Of a stretch of DNA of 64,000 nt, positions 21,503-30,825 are shown piece by piece (the stretch's first letter is position 1; each line of letters begins with the position of its first letter). The position numbers and the translations under genes are program-made. Below the pieces are notes generated by a model. The model worked only from the letters and a program-made list of their open reading frames with translations, did no database searches and was not told where the DNA came from. Source of the DNA: Thiotrichaceae bacterium UBA973 (lineage in GTDB: Bacteria; Pseudomonadota; Gammaproteobacteria; Eutrophobiales; Eutrophobiaceae). The DNA is taken from the NCBI GenBank assembly GCA_002292815.1, contig DBBX01000027.1, positions 64,372-128,371 on the forward strand, written 5' to 3'.

Positions 21503-23671
21503 TCAATGAATTAATGATAACTTATCATTAACCCTGTCTTCCCAACGACCACTTGTTAATGATTCAAACGTAATAAGATTGGATAATTTCCCAATATCAT
21601 TTAAATATGACCACACTTTCCCACCATTAGTATAATCAATTGCTAAATATGGAATATTTAATGTTTCAGAAAAGACTACGGAATGGTACCTTGTGCAGAT
21701 ATTCAGTTTACTACCTAACATATTTTTAATGATTGAATCTGCTGAATGTATTTTATTATCATTTATGACGTTGCTATCTTTAAAATACTTATCGCATAAC
21801 ATTCTATTGAATTGTCTATCATCACCCCCAACCACAAATGTATGCATTGGTAATAAATGAGGGGTTAAACCAGTTTTCTTGCTAATAGATTTAACAATTT
21901 CAGATAATTGATTTTCATACATACTTTTTACATTATCAACATCCACGTGTGATTCATCTAAAACATATTCATTTGGTAAATCCCTTAAAAAACAACAAAA
22001 TTTATTGCCATTTTCTTCTGCTATTAATGTATTTTTCCTTGTCCTTACATAGTTTATAGCTGGATCTTGAATTAATTGTGCATCTACTCTCTTCTCATTT
22101 TCATAGATCCAGTTCAATGAAGCTGCATCCCTAACCCGAACCACACTAGCTAAGCGAACAATTTCTTTAACTGCATCACTATATCTACTTCCTATGAGCG
22201 GCCCTATTCCGCAACCTTCCAGTACGGTTATAGATCCTGATTTTTGGCCTAAAATAAATGCCTGCATTATTACGCCGAGTGTTTCAATATGCATCAGCGG
22301 CCCACCACCCATCATAATCACATCGGCATCAACACACGCTTTACTATATTCCTCTGAATATGTATCAATGATTACTTCATTTACACATCCTAATTCCTGC
22401 AGTGTTTTTTTTGTTACAAATGGATATAAGCTGGCGATAGAAATAATTATTTTATTATTATGATTTTTAATATTTCTAATTATTTCTGCCAGAATTGCTT
22501 TGTCTCCTACTGTTTCAGTCCCATACCATCCTACTATTAATACTCGTTTTATATCCAACCAATCTATTGCACATGGAATAGCAGATACGCATGCAATAGA
22601 TTTAGGCATTAACACATCAATATTAAATTTATTAATATAACTGTTTTTTTGTTTAACCTGAACAAGAGAACTTAATTTTGGAAACGCATGATAATCATGT
22701 ACACAACTATCACAATTATCTTTAATGATATTATTTCGAATATCTATATTAGACTTATATAGATCGAGAGCTGAGTTTTCACTACATGAACCAATAACAG
22801 GAGATTTTGGTGAACAATATATTAAATCGCCTCTGCAATCCAATACGACTGCATTAATTTGGTAGGGACATCCTGACTGGCGTTTTTTCCCCTCAAATAT
22901 CATTTTCCTGATATTTGAGTATGTTTCTTTTACACTAATGTCTTTTTCATATGTATGTTCTAGTTTAAAGAAAAATAAAGCGATATTATATTTTTCATCA
23001 TCATCAAAATTTTTTATAGATGCATTAAGATCTTCGTTATAGAGCCTATCAATAAATTCCGCCACGCGGAATTTTGCATATATATCGTTCTGAATACAAA
23101 AATCTAAAACGTCATCTACATACCATACGTTTTCTTTAACTATAGTACAGCCTATACTCAGCGGTATATTTGCATTATTTTTAACATGATTAATGACCTG
23201 TAGGGCGCTCTCAAAATTACCTTCTCTAGACCTAACCTCATCATGAACATGACCTACGCCATCTAAAGACACCATTACATTAAAATTTACATTTTCTTTA
23301 GCACATACAGCTTCACAATCATCAATTTGCTTTATAACTTTCTGCGTCTGTATTGCATTTGTTATTATTCCAATTGACTCTGTCCCTTCTTTTTTAGCGA
23401 ACACTTGAACAATATCTGGCAAATCATCACGTAGCGTAGGCTCTCCACCAGATATTCCAACATTAGAAAGGTTCTTAAATAAATCATCGTTTAATATATT
23501 CTCTAGTTCTTCTGGTGTAAGCTCCTTATCTTTTTTTCTCTTCCAAATGTTACACATCTTACATTTTGAATTACATATATCATTAGCCATAAAATTCAGG
23601 GTTACTGGATATCTTAATATCTTCTTATCAAGATATTCTTTGATTGAATATTTAATTCGTCTATAAATCAT
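21503..23671 (-). CDS. radical SAM/SPASM-like domain fused to polysaccharide pyruvyl transferase (CsaB/WcaK-like) domain
   Basis: N-terminal CxxxCxxC 'CNSKCKMC' followed by 'GISGGEPTL'. Cys-rich auxiliary-cluster region ('SGCPYQ...LDCRGDLIYC...GSCS...DNCDSC') at residues ~270-330. C-terminal 'TRYHSVVFSETLNIPYLAIDYTNGGK' matches the pyruvyltransferase 'TRLH...YdpK' motif. Confidence 0.6.
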   Translation of the reverse strand: MIYRRIKYSIKEYLDKKILRYPVTLNFMANDICNSKCKMCNIWKRKKDKELTPEELENILNDDLFKNLSNVGISGGEPTLRDDLPDIVQVFAKKEGTESIGIITNAIQTQKVIKQIDDCEAVCAKENVNFNVMVSLDGVGHVHDEVRSREGNFESALQVINHVKNNANIPLSIGCTIVKENVWYVDDVLDFCIQNDIYAKFRVAEFIDRLYNEDLNASIKNFDDDEKYNIALFFFKLEHTYEKDISVKETYSNIRKMIFEGKKRQSGCPYQINAVVLDCRGDLIYCSPKSPVIGSCSENSALDLYKSNIDIRNNIIKDNCDSCVHDYHAFPKLSSLVQVKQKNSYINKFNIDVLMPKSIACVSAIPCAIDWLDIKRVLIVGWYGTETVGDKAILAEIIRNIKNHNNKIIISIASLYPFVTKKTLQELGCVNEVIIDTYSEEYSKACVDADVIMMGGGPLMHIETLGVIMQAFILGQKSGSITVLEGCGIGPLIGSRYSDAVKEIVRLASVVRVRDAASLNWIYENEKRVDAQLIQDPAINYVRTRKNTLIAEENGNKFCCFLRDLPNEYVLDESHVDVDNVKSMYENQLSEIVKSISKKTGLTPHLLPMHTFVVGGDDRQFNRMLCDKYFKDSNVINDNKIHSADSIIKNMLGSKLNICTRYHSVVFSETLNIPYLAIDYTNGGKVWSYLNDIGKLSNLITFESLTSGRWEDRVNDKLSLIH

Positions 23672-23764
23672 TGATTATTATTGTGAACTTATAAATATAT
23701 TTTTATTATAGTAATTCTATCTTGATCCTGAACAATTTAAGAAAAACATGAAAATTTTTCTTTA

Positions 23765-24958
23765 TTAATTCAAGCTCCATTCGCCATTTAACTGAACTGG
23801 AGCCATTCCAACAAAACATCCTTTAACCGATAATAATTTAGCTGCAAAATGTTGCGATAACACCTCTATTCTGGCTTCGTCCATTATTGATACTGACATG
23901 TAATAATTGCCAGGATTAAGATTCAAAGCAGGAAGTAAGATATTTATATCTATCTTTTTACCAATATTATTAATTTTCACTTTGTTAAACGATGAATCAC
24001 ATTGCGCAACTACTTCCATGAGGTGGTTTAAAATCAAGATGCAACAAACAGGGTTTAGTTTGGATTTATCTATAGAAACTTCAATATGTATATTGACATT
24101 ATCAAGATAATCAAACTCAACTGACGATTTCCCATTAACACTCACATCAATTCTATCAATAGTAGCCTTGCCATTTCCGGTAATAGATTTTTTTGTCTTA
24201 TCGAACAAGGATGTATATACATTGATTCCTTTTGGTATATCCTGACCATAAAAAACTATATTGCCTTTATCTAGCACACATAATTTATTTGCTACTCTGG
24301 CAATCTGAGGAATGGAATGAGAAACAAAAATTATGACTGTATTTTCATAAATCTCGCGTATTCTATTAAAACATTTTGCATTGAAACCAATATCGCCAAC
24401 AGCTAAAACTTCATCCACAATTAAAACATCTGGTTCCATCTGAACTGCTATAGAAAAGCCAAGTCTGGTTTTCATGCCTGAGCTATAACTCGCTACTGGT
24501 GTATCTAAAAATTCTCCGATTTCTGAAAACTCAACTATTGCGTCAAATTTATCCTGAATCTCCTTTTTACTCAGCCCTAGCATAGCGCCATTAATGAATA
24601 TATTTTCTCTCCCTGTAAGCACTGGATTAAAACCAGCCGCTAATTCAATCATGGCGCATACTCTACCTCTTATTTCTATTCTTCCTTGGTCTGGTTTAAT
24701 TAAACCGTTCAATAATTTCAATAACGTGCTTTTGCCCGCTCCGTTACAGCCAATTAACCCAAGACACTCTCCTCTTTTAAGATTAAATGAAATATTATTT
24801 ACTGCCCAAAACTCATCATCCCTTAGTCTATTATTCTCTGATGAATCTATTTTTAGTTCCTTGTAAATATCATTAAGCCCATACCACAATGATTTTTTTA
24901 AATCTTTGCAGAATTTTTTGGATACCCCGTCTACAACAACAAGCTCATCATTTTTCAT
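23765..24958 (-). CDS. wzt: O-polysaccharide ABC transporter ATP-binding protein Wzt with C-terminal carbohydrate-binding domain
   Basis: Walker A 'GCNGAGKST', signature 'YSSGMKTRLGFSI', Walker B 'LIVDE'. Extra ~150 aa C-terminal beta-rich domain, as in Wzt proteins that recognise a capped glycan terminus. Confidence 0.8.
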   Translation of the reverse strand: MKNDELVVVDGVSKKFCKDLKKSLWYGLNDIYKELKIDSSENNRLRDDEFWAVNNISFNLKRGECLGLIGCNGAGKSTLLKLLNGLIKPDQGRIEIRGRVCAMIELAAGFNPVLTGRENIFINGAMLGLSKKEIQDKFDAIVEFSEIGEFLDTPVASYSSGMKTRLGFSIAVQMEPDVLIVDEVLAVGDIGFNAKCFNRIREIYENTVIIFVSHSIPQIARVANKLCVLDKGNIVFYGQDIPKGINVYTSLFDKTKKSITGNGKATIDRIDVSVNGKSSVEFDYLDNVNIHIEVSIDKSKLNPVCCILILNHLMEVVAQCDSSFNKVKINNIGKKIDINILLPALNLNPGNYYMSVSIMDEARIEVLSQHFAAKLLSVKGCFVGMAPVQLNGEWSLN

Positions 24959-24961
24959 AAA

Positions 24962-25810
24962 TCATGACCCCATTCTAGATACCAAATGTGGTATTGCTAA
25001 TCTAAATAAAACCCAACCAGCGACCAAAAACAGAATTGAAATACATGTTACCAATATAAATTGATTGGTATAAATTTCATTACTACCAATTAAAAGACTT
25101 CTTGTGGTTGCCAGCAAAGGCGTGACTGGATTATATTTCACTAAATCAAATACATCTTGATTTGAACTTGAATAAATAACTGGGGTTATAAAAAACCAAA
25201 GTGTCGTTAACATGGTTAAACTTTTACCTACATCTCGATAAAGCAGGCCAAATGGCAACAACAAGACGCCTATAACTGTCCCAAACAATACAATGGACAT
25301 TACTCCGATTGGCACAAAAATGAATTGTAGCGTTATTTGAACATCGTAATAAATAAATGTAATTACCAAGAGAATACTTCTTATTAAAAAATTGAATAGA
25401 ACTTCACCAATACCCGCAACAATTAATGCTTCTCGGGTAAACATTATTTTTTTCAGCATTGTGATTGATTTGTCTGCTTGATTTAATGGTGAGTTAATTG
25501 AGTCCGTAAACACCTGCCATAAAACCATTCCTGAGATCACGTACAATACATAAGGGCCCTCTATGTTTTCGATGCTTAAGACTCTTTTGTTACTCAGGTA
25601 AACAAATATAGATGTCGTAAATATTGCTGGTAATACTGCCCAAAGGGAACCTAAATATGTTTGTCTATATTGGGATGAAATATTTCTAACCATTAGCACA
25701 ATAGACAATTCATATGATGTTTTAAGATCGTTAATCATTAACTGTATAAATGATCGGACATCTTTTAATTGTGGCTCTGAGTTATAAATTCTTGTTTTTA
25801 ACTTGGTCAT
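24962..25810 (-). CDS. wzm: O-polysaccharide ABC transporter permease Wzm (ABC-2 type)
   Basis: 282 aa, 6 TM helices, ABC-2 family pattern. 3-nt gap to wzt. Confidence 0.8.
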   Translation of the reverse strand: MTKLKTRIYNSEPQLKDVRSFIQLMINDLKTSYELSIVLMVRNISSQYRQTYLGSLWAVLPAIFTTSIFVYLSNKRVLSIENIEGPYVLYVISGMVLWQVFTDSINSPLNQADKSITMLKKIMFTREALIVAGIGEVLFNFLIRSILLVITFIYYDVQITLQFIFVPIGVMSIVLFGTVIGVLLLPFGLLYRDVGKSLTMLTTLWFFITPVIYSSSNQDVFDLVKYNPVTPLLATTRSLLIGSNEIYTNQFILVTCISILFLVAGWVLFRLAIPHLVSRMGS

Positions 25811-25975
25811 ATAAAACCATTAATTGAATTTCAATTTGTTTTCTTCATATTTAAAACACTAATATTTAGTGTGTCGAGGTTGTTATCATAATTTCCCACG
25901 CTACCGCCATACTATATTTATTACGATACAGTTTGTGTTTGCTTTTCTTATCTTTTAATTACTCTTTCTAGTTTT

Positions 25976-26521
25976 CTATTCCAACTCAGATTCCCACAAC
26001 AGCACTCTGGGTTTTTGCATAAATAACTTATCCATGTTTTTAAATTCATCTTCAGTTAATACCAACGTTCGTATTTTCCTAGCTATGTATTTTTCCGTCT
26101 TTTTAACAAGATCTTGGAGACTTTCAAGGTCGATATCGCCAACTAATAACAAATCCACCAGCCCCGTATCTTTACCTTGTGCATAATCATCAATTAAATA
26201 CGCCTGCTTTAGGTTGCCCAAACGTTCCAGAATACTTTCAAGGATCTGATCCATGCCTAAGGCTTTCTTGACCATCGAATGAAGCTCGGGGAATAAAGGA
26301 TGTTCAGTATTAGCACGATAATTAATTTGCCTGCCTGACTTGCTGCTGTTTAACAAACCTGCATCACTTAATTGCTGCAATTCACCTGAAACTTGACTGG
26401 GAGATACACTAAAATCATCAGATAATTCACGTAAATATGCCTGTTGATCCGGATTTAGAAACAAACGCATCAATATCTTAATACGTGTTTTTGAGGCAAT
26501 AAGTGAAGATAGAATCGACAT
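25976..26521 (-). CDS. winged-helix transcriptional regulator (ArsR/MarR-like N-terminus, extra C-terminal domain)
   Basis: N-terminal 'TRIKILMRLFLNPDQQAYLRELSDDFSVSPSQVSGELQQLSDAGLL' is a wHTH pattern. Sits inside the glycosylation array. Preceded by a perfect 17-bp inverted repeat. Confidence 0.5.
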   Translation of the reverse strand: MSILSSLIASKTRIKILMRLFLNPDQQAYLRELSDDFSVSPSQVSGELQQLSDAGLLNSSKSGRQINYRANTEHPLFPELHSMVKKALGMDQILESILERLGNLKQAYLIDDYAQGKDTGLVDLLLVGDIDLESLQDLVKKTEKYIARKIRTLVLTEDEFKNMDKLFMQKPRVLLWESELE

Positions 26522-26526
26522 ATAAC

Positions 26527-26567
26527 ATCCGCTATTATGTTCTATTAATTAGAACATAATAGCGGAT
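26527..26567. promoter_or_regulatory. perfect 17-bp inverted repeat (ATCCGCTATTATGTTCT-N7-AGAACATAATAGCGGAT) overlapping the RBS region just upstream of the regulator start codon
   Basis: Read directly: 26527-26543 is the exact reverse complement of 26551-26567. Located 6 nt from the ATG (26521-26519) of the wHTH regulator gene. Confidence 0.6.
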
Positions 26568-26679
26568 ATGTTTGATATTTCAAGAAGGAATGTTATGAAC
26601 AGCATCACAAATTTGGGCATATAGTCGAATATTTAAACCAACCAAATTTATTTAATATTAGCAATTAATTTCATACGAA

Positions 26680-27888
26680 TTATTCTTTCTCACTCATAGA
26701 CTCGATTATCTCTCTGTATTTATTAACGATGACTCCCCAGTCAAACTTATCTATTACACTTTGCCTGGCATTTGCAACAATCATATTTTTAGTTTCTTTA
26801 TTCACTAATATATTTTCAACTGCATTCGCGAGCTGCACTGAATCTCCAGGCTTTACTAAAACTCCATTTACACCATTCTCGATAATATCTTCCATTGCTG
26901 GTAATGATGGTGCGATGACAACACATCCGCAGCCCATGGCTTCAATTGCTACCAATCCTAGCCCTTCTCGTTTTGAGGTCATCACAGCTATTGTTGATGA
27001 TGAATATATTTCTGGTAATTGATTATGATTTATTGCCCCAATGAATTCGACAGCATGCTCAATACTCAATTCTTTACACAGTGCTTCTAATTGACATCTT
27101 TCAGGACCATCACCTACGATGAATAATTTTAATTTTGGATATTTCTGGATAAGACTATGCATTGCTTCCAGTAAAATATTTACATTCTTTTCTTCAACTA
27201 GCCTTCCAACAAACAATATTTTATTATTGTCTTGTTTTATATTTGCTAATGGCATAAATGTATTTACTAAATCAACACCCATTGAGCAGACATGTATTTT
27301 TTCTTTAATGTTTGTGATCTGTAAACAATTTTCCCGCATATGCTCACTTACAACGGTTATTCCATCAGAATAGTTCAAAACCCACTTTTTAATACTTTTA
27401 AACAAAAATGACTGGAAAGAAAATAAATCACTCCCGTGTGATGTACATAATATTTTAGGGCAGTCTTTATATAGATACTTTGAGATGAATACAGCTATTA
27501 AGCCTTGTGGTATTAACCAATGGGCATGAATGAGATCATATTTATTTTTTTTTAATAACGTTAATAGTGACCATGTCTGTGAAAATATAAATATTGGAAC
27601 TAATAGGTAAAGTAACTTATTTTTTTTAAGATTTGCAATAATTCCACCATCATATGCAAGCAATTGCCATTTACTAAAGAAGTATTGATATCGATATACA
27701 TTGATGCCGTCCAGTACTTCTTTTTTTTCAGACCCAAATGCATGTGGAGCCAAAACATCGACCTCGATACCTTTGTTGACCAAGCGTTTACTTAATTCAT
27801 TTACAAATGGCGGATCAGTATCATCAAGCCAACGTGGAAACGTAGAGCTTACTACAAGGATATGTTTTTTATGTTCAGGACTGTACAT
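26680..27888 (-). CDS. GT4 family glycosyltransferase
   Basis: 'HILVVSSTFPRW' and C-terminal 'SKREGLGLVAIEAMGCGCVVIAPSLPAMEDIIENGVNG' (E-x7-E). Confidence 0.75.
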   Translation of the reverse strand: MYSPEHKKHILVVSSTFPRWLDDTDPPFVNELSKRLVNKGIEVDVLAPHAFGSEKKEVLDGINVYRYQYFFSKWQLLAYDGGIIANLKKNKLLYLLVPIFIFSQTWSLLTLLKKNKYDLIHAHWLIPQGLIAVFISKYLYKDCPKILCTSHGSDLFSFQSFLFKSIKKWVLNYSDGITVVSEHMRENCLQITNIKEKIHVCSMGVDLVNTFMPLANIKQDNNKILFVGRLVEEKNVNILLEAMHSLIQKYPKLKLFIVGDGPERCQLEALCKELSIEHAVEFIGAINHNQLPEIYSSSTIAVMTSKREGLGLVAIEAMGCGCVVIAPSLPAMEDIIENGVNGVLVKPGDSVQLANAVENILVNKETKNMIVANARQSVIDKFDWGVIVNKYREIIESMSEKE

Positions 27889-27932
27889 AAATAGACAAAA
27901 TTTATAATTCTAAACAGTGTAATAATAACTGT

Positions 27933-28802
27933 TCAATCATCCTTTTTTTGATTTTGACTATAAATAAGAAATGTTATTTGCTCTGACAATAAACCTATGA
28001 GGAAAATAATTACTGATGTTAAAAATATGAATATACCCATATTAGTAAAACGCCCATGATAAAAATAAGTATATCCATAATAGGATAAACCTATAATAAA
28101 AAGACTTAAGCTAGCTGGAAAAAATATTTTTAATGGTGAATATAGTGCAGTAACTCTAAAAATGATTAATAAAAACTTAAACCCGTCTTTAATTAATTTA
28201 ATATGACTATTACCTGTTCTTTGCTCGCAAGATATTGGAACATATTTGATACTGTAGCCGGATCTAAACAAGGCCATAGTGATGGTAGTTGGATAAGAGA
28301 ATCCATTTGGCAACAGATATAAAAACTGTTTAAATACATCTGCTTTTACTGCTCTAAAACCCGAGGTCAAGTCATCTATTTTATGTCCTGACATATAGCT
28401 AGCTAGTTTATTATAAAATACATTAGCGACATACCTTGGAATGCTGGCGTGTGTTATTCGTTCCCGAGCACCAATAACCATATCGTGATTTTCATCAATG
28501 CCGTTGAGTAAACTTTTTATATCATCTGGTCTGTGCTGGCCATCAGCATCCATGAAAACTAGTATTTCACCTGTTGCAAACCGCGCGCCTGATTTTATTG
28601 ATGCGCCATTACCCTTCGAGTATGGATGATTAATAACTTTCACAGCATACTTATTACATATACTTAATGTATCGTCATCAGACCCATCATTAACAATGAT
28701 AATTTCGGCATCAGCATATAAGGATGTTAATTCAGGCAACAATATTTTCAAAGAAGCCGATTCATTCTTTGCTGGTAATATAATACTTAGGCTTTTATTC
28801 AT
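27933..28802 (-). CDS. polyprenyl-phosphate hexosyltransferase (GtrB/ArnC/DPM1-like GT2) with C-terminal TM helices
   Basis: 'LSIILPAKNESASLKILLPEL...IIIVNDGSDDDT...FMDADGQHRP' is the DPM1/GtrB signature. Two C-terminal TM helices, as in GtrB. Confidence 0.75.
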   Translation of the reverse strand: MNKSLSIILPAKNESASLKILLPELTSLYADAEIIIVNDGSDDDTLSICNKYAVKVINHPYSKGNGASIKSGARFATGEILVFMDADGQHRPDDIKSLLNGIDENHDMVIGARERITHASIPRYVANVFYNKLASYMSGHKIDDLTSGFRAVKADVFKQFLYLLPNGFSYPTTITMALFRSGYSIKYVPISCEQRTGNSHIKLIKDGFKFLLIIFRVTALYSPLKIFFPASLSLFIIGLSYYGYTYFYHGRFTNMGIFIFLTSVIIFLIGLLSEQITFLIYSQNQKKDD

Positions 28803-28818
28803 AATGTTTTAAATAAAT

Positions 28819-30693
28819 TTAAGGAACATTTAGCAGTTTGAGCTGCTGCTCAGCGTTTTTATATAGAATAGCGTCATTATGTAACTTCAACAAAACGTAT
28901 TCAAAATCTTTTTTTGCTTGTGGTTGATTTCCAATATTTAAGTGAGAAAGACCACGATAATATATAGAGTCAATATGACCTGGATTAGCAAGATTAACCT
29001 TTGTCAATAATTTAATCGCCATATTAAATTCATTTAATGAAAAATAACTTATGCCAAGATAGTAATTTGCTTTTTCATGTTCTGGATAATCTTTAATAAT
29101 TGCCTGAAAATCATTTTTTGCCATATCCACGTTGCCAAGATTATTATTAGCAACCCCTCTATTTAACAAGACTTCAATATTATTAGGTGCCTTGAGCAAC
29201 GCAGAATTTAAATCCTCGATTGCGCCATTTAAATCTCCCAAATAAATTCTAGCTGACGCTCTTCCATTTAAAGCATAGGCATTATTCTCGTCTAGTTGTA
29301 GAACTGAAGAATAATCCTCAATGGCTTTGTTGTACCATTTTTTCTTCATTCTGTAATCGGCTCTGTTGCTAAGAGCTCTGTAATTTGATTTATCAACATT
29401 TATTGCATGTGACCACAATGTTTCCTCATTTTCCCATATTAAGATTTGTCTTTTCGTACTGTTTACTAATGCACATAATATAATTACGTATACTAGTAGC
29501 ATAGAAAACAGTAGCATTATTTTTTTATTTTTTTCTTGTTTAAAACTTATTCTCAATCCTTTTAAGGTCATATAGCTCAAAACAAAATAAAACGGCATTA
29601 AAGCAATGTAGGCATACCGATCTGCCATTATCTGTGGGCCACTTTGGGAAAAACCGAGAACCGGAAAGATAATCACTAAATAAATTAGCAAAAAATATAA
29701 TGGCCAATGATATTTTTTTCTTATCAGAAATGCAGTTACAAATACGAATATAAAAACAAAGAAATGCGCATAAAACTTAATATCATAAAAATTCGTTTTC
29801 CCTAACAAATATAATGGCGATAAATTTGAAGGATATAATGTATTCAATAAATACATATTAAAACCGTAACTTGCCTGCAGAATTCTATCTACCAGAGTTA
29901 ATTTTTCCCAAGAAACCATCGCTCCTGATGTATTCGCCGCAAAGACACCTATCAATGCAAATAAGAAAGATATAATGATAAATGGGATCTTGGTTTTTAT
30001 ACTATTCATCATAAAGGCAACTGTGGGCTTCGTGGAATTAAGAATTGCTATATCTACTAGAACTAACACCACAGGAAAAGTAATTGCCCATGCCTTACAT
30101 AACAATGACAGGAAAAAAGAACAAAAAGAAATAATATATAATTTCTTCTTAAATATATTACTTGATGCGAGTACTTCTTTATGAAACCTGAAATGTAGAT
30201 ATGCAAGAAAACTTATTAACAAAAATAATGCACTGAAGACATCTCTTCTTTCAGTCACCCATACGACAGACTCTACTCTTAATGGGTGTAATGAAAAAAT
30301 TGATGCCCCAACTAGAGATGATATTATTAAATTTAAATTATTCGAAGATAATTTATTAAACAATCTTAAAGCCGAATAGATCACCAGCATTAACAGCACA
30401 GCATTAATACTGTGCAGTAATATATTAGTTAACCTGTAACCATAACTTTCCAGACCCCAGACATGGTAATTCATGATGAAAGACAACCATGTTAATGGTT
30501 GATAATGACCACCCAGAGTGTTCGTAAATGCCCAAAGCATGCTATTAAAGCTAAACGACCTGATATGCTCGTTATTAACAATAATTTCTCGATCATCCCA
30601 TACAAAATCGTACCCTAATGACGACTTAAAAATAAAAAACGCCAAACAAAATAAAATAGTGCTAGAGAGAAGAGTAATGGATTTTGTTTTCAC
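28819..30693 (-). CDS. GT-C glycosyltransferase with C-terminal TPR repeats (TMTC/TfpW-like), paralog 2
   Basis: 624 aa. ~11 TM helices with first-loop 'GYDFVWDDREII' (DD acidic motif). C-terminal ~200 aa of TPR-like repeats ('AYALNGRASARIYLGDLNGAIEDLNSALLKAPNN...'). Confidence 0.6.
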   Translation of the reverse strand: MKTKSITLLSSTILFCLAFFIFKSSLGYDFVWDDREIIVNNEHIRSFSFNSMLWAFTNTLGGHYQPLTWLSFIMNYHVWGLESYGYRLTNILLHSINAVLLMLVIYSALRLFNKLSSNNLNLIISSLVGASIFSLHPLRVESVVWVTERRDVFSALFLLISFLAYLHFRFHKEVLASSNIFKKKLYIISFCSFFLSLLCKAWAITFPVVLVLVDIAILNSTKPTVAFMMNSIKTKIPFIIISFLFALIGVFAANTSGAMVSWEKLTLVDRILQASYGFNMYLLNTLYPSNLSPLYLLGKTNFYDIKFYAHFFVFIFVFVTAFLIRKKYHWPLYFLLIYLVIIFPVLGFSQSGPQIMADRYAYIALMPFYFVLSYMTLKGLRISFKQEKNKKIMLLFSMLLVYVIILCALVNSTKRQILIWENEETLWSHAINVDKSNYRALSNRADYRMKKKWYNKAIEDYSSVLQLDENNAYALNGRASARIYLGDLNGAIEDLNSALLKAPNNIEVLLNRGVANNNLGNVDMAKNDFQAIIKDYPEHEKANYYLGISYFSLNEFNMAIKLLTKVNLANPGHIDSIYYRGLSHLNIGNQPQAKKDFEYVLLKLHNDAILYKNAEQQLKLLNVP

Positions 30694-30825
30694 ATTAATT
30701 TCTTATTATATTAATTTTTATGACGCCAGAATCTAATAAATTTTTAACAACATAAATAATTGTTTTCATTTGGTCTGGCTTAATTATAATTTCTTCAAAT
30801 AGAACTGAAAACGCCTAATAGCATG

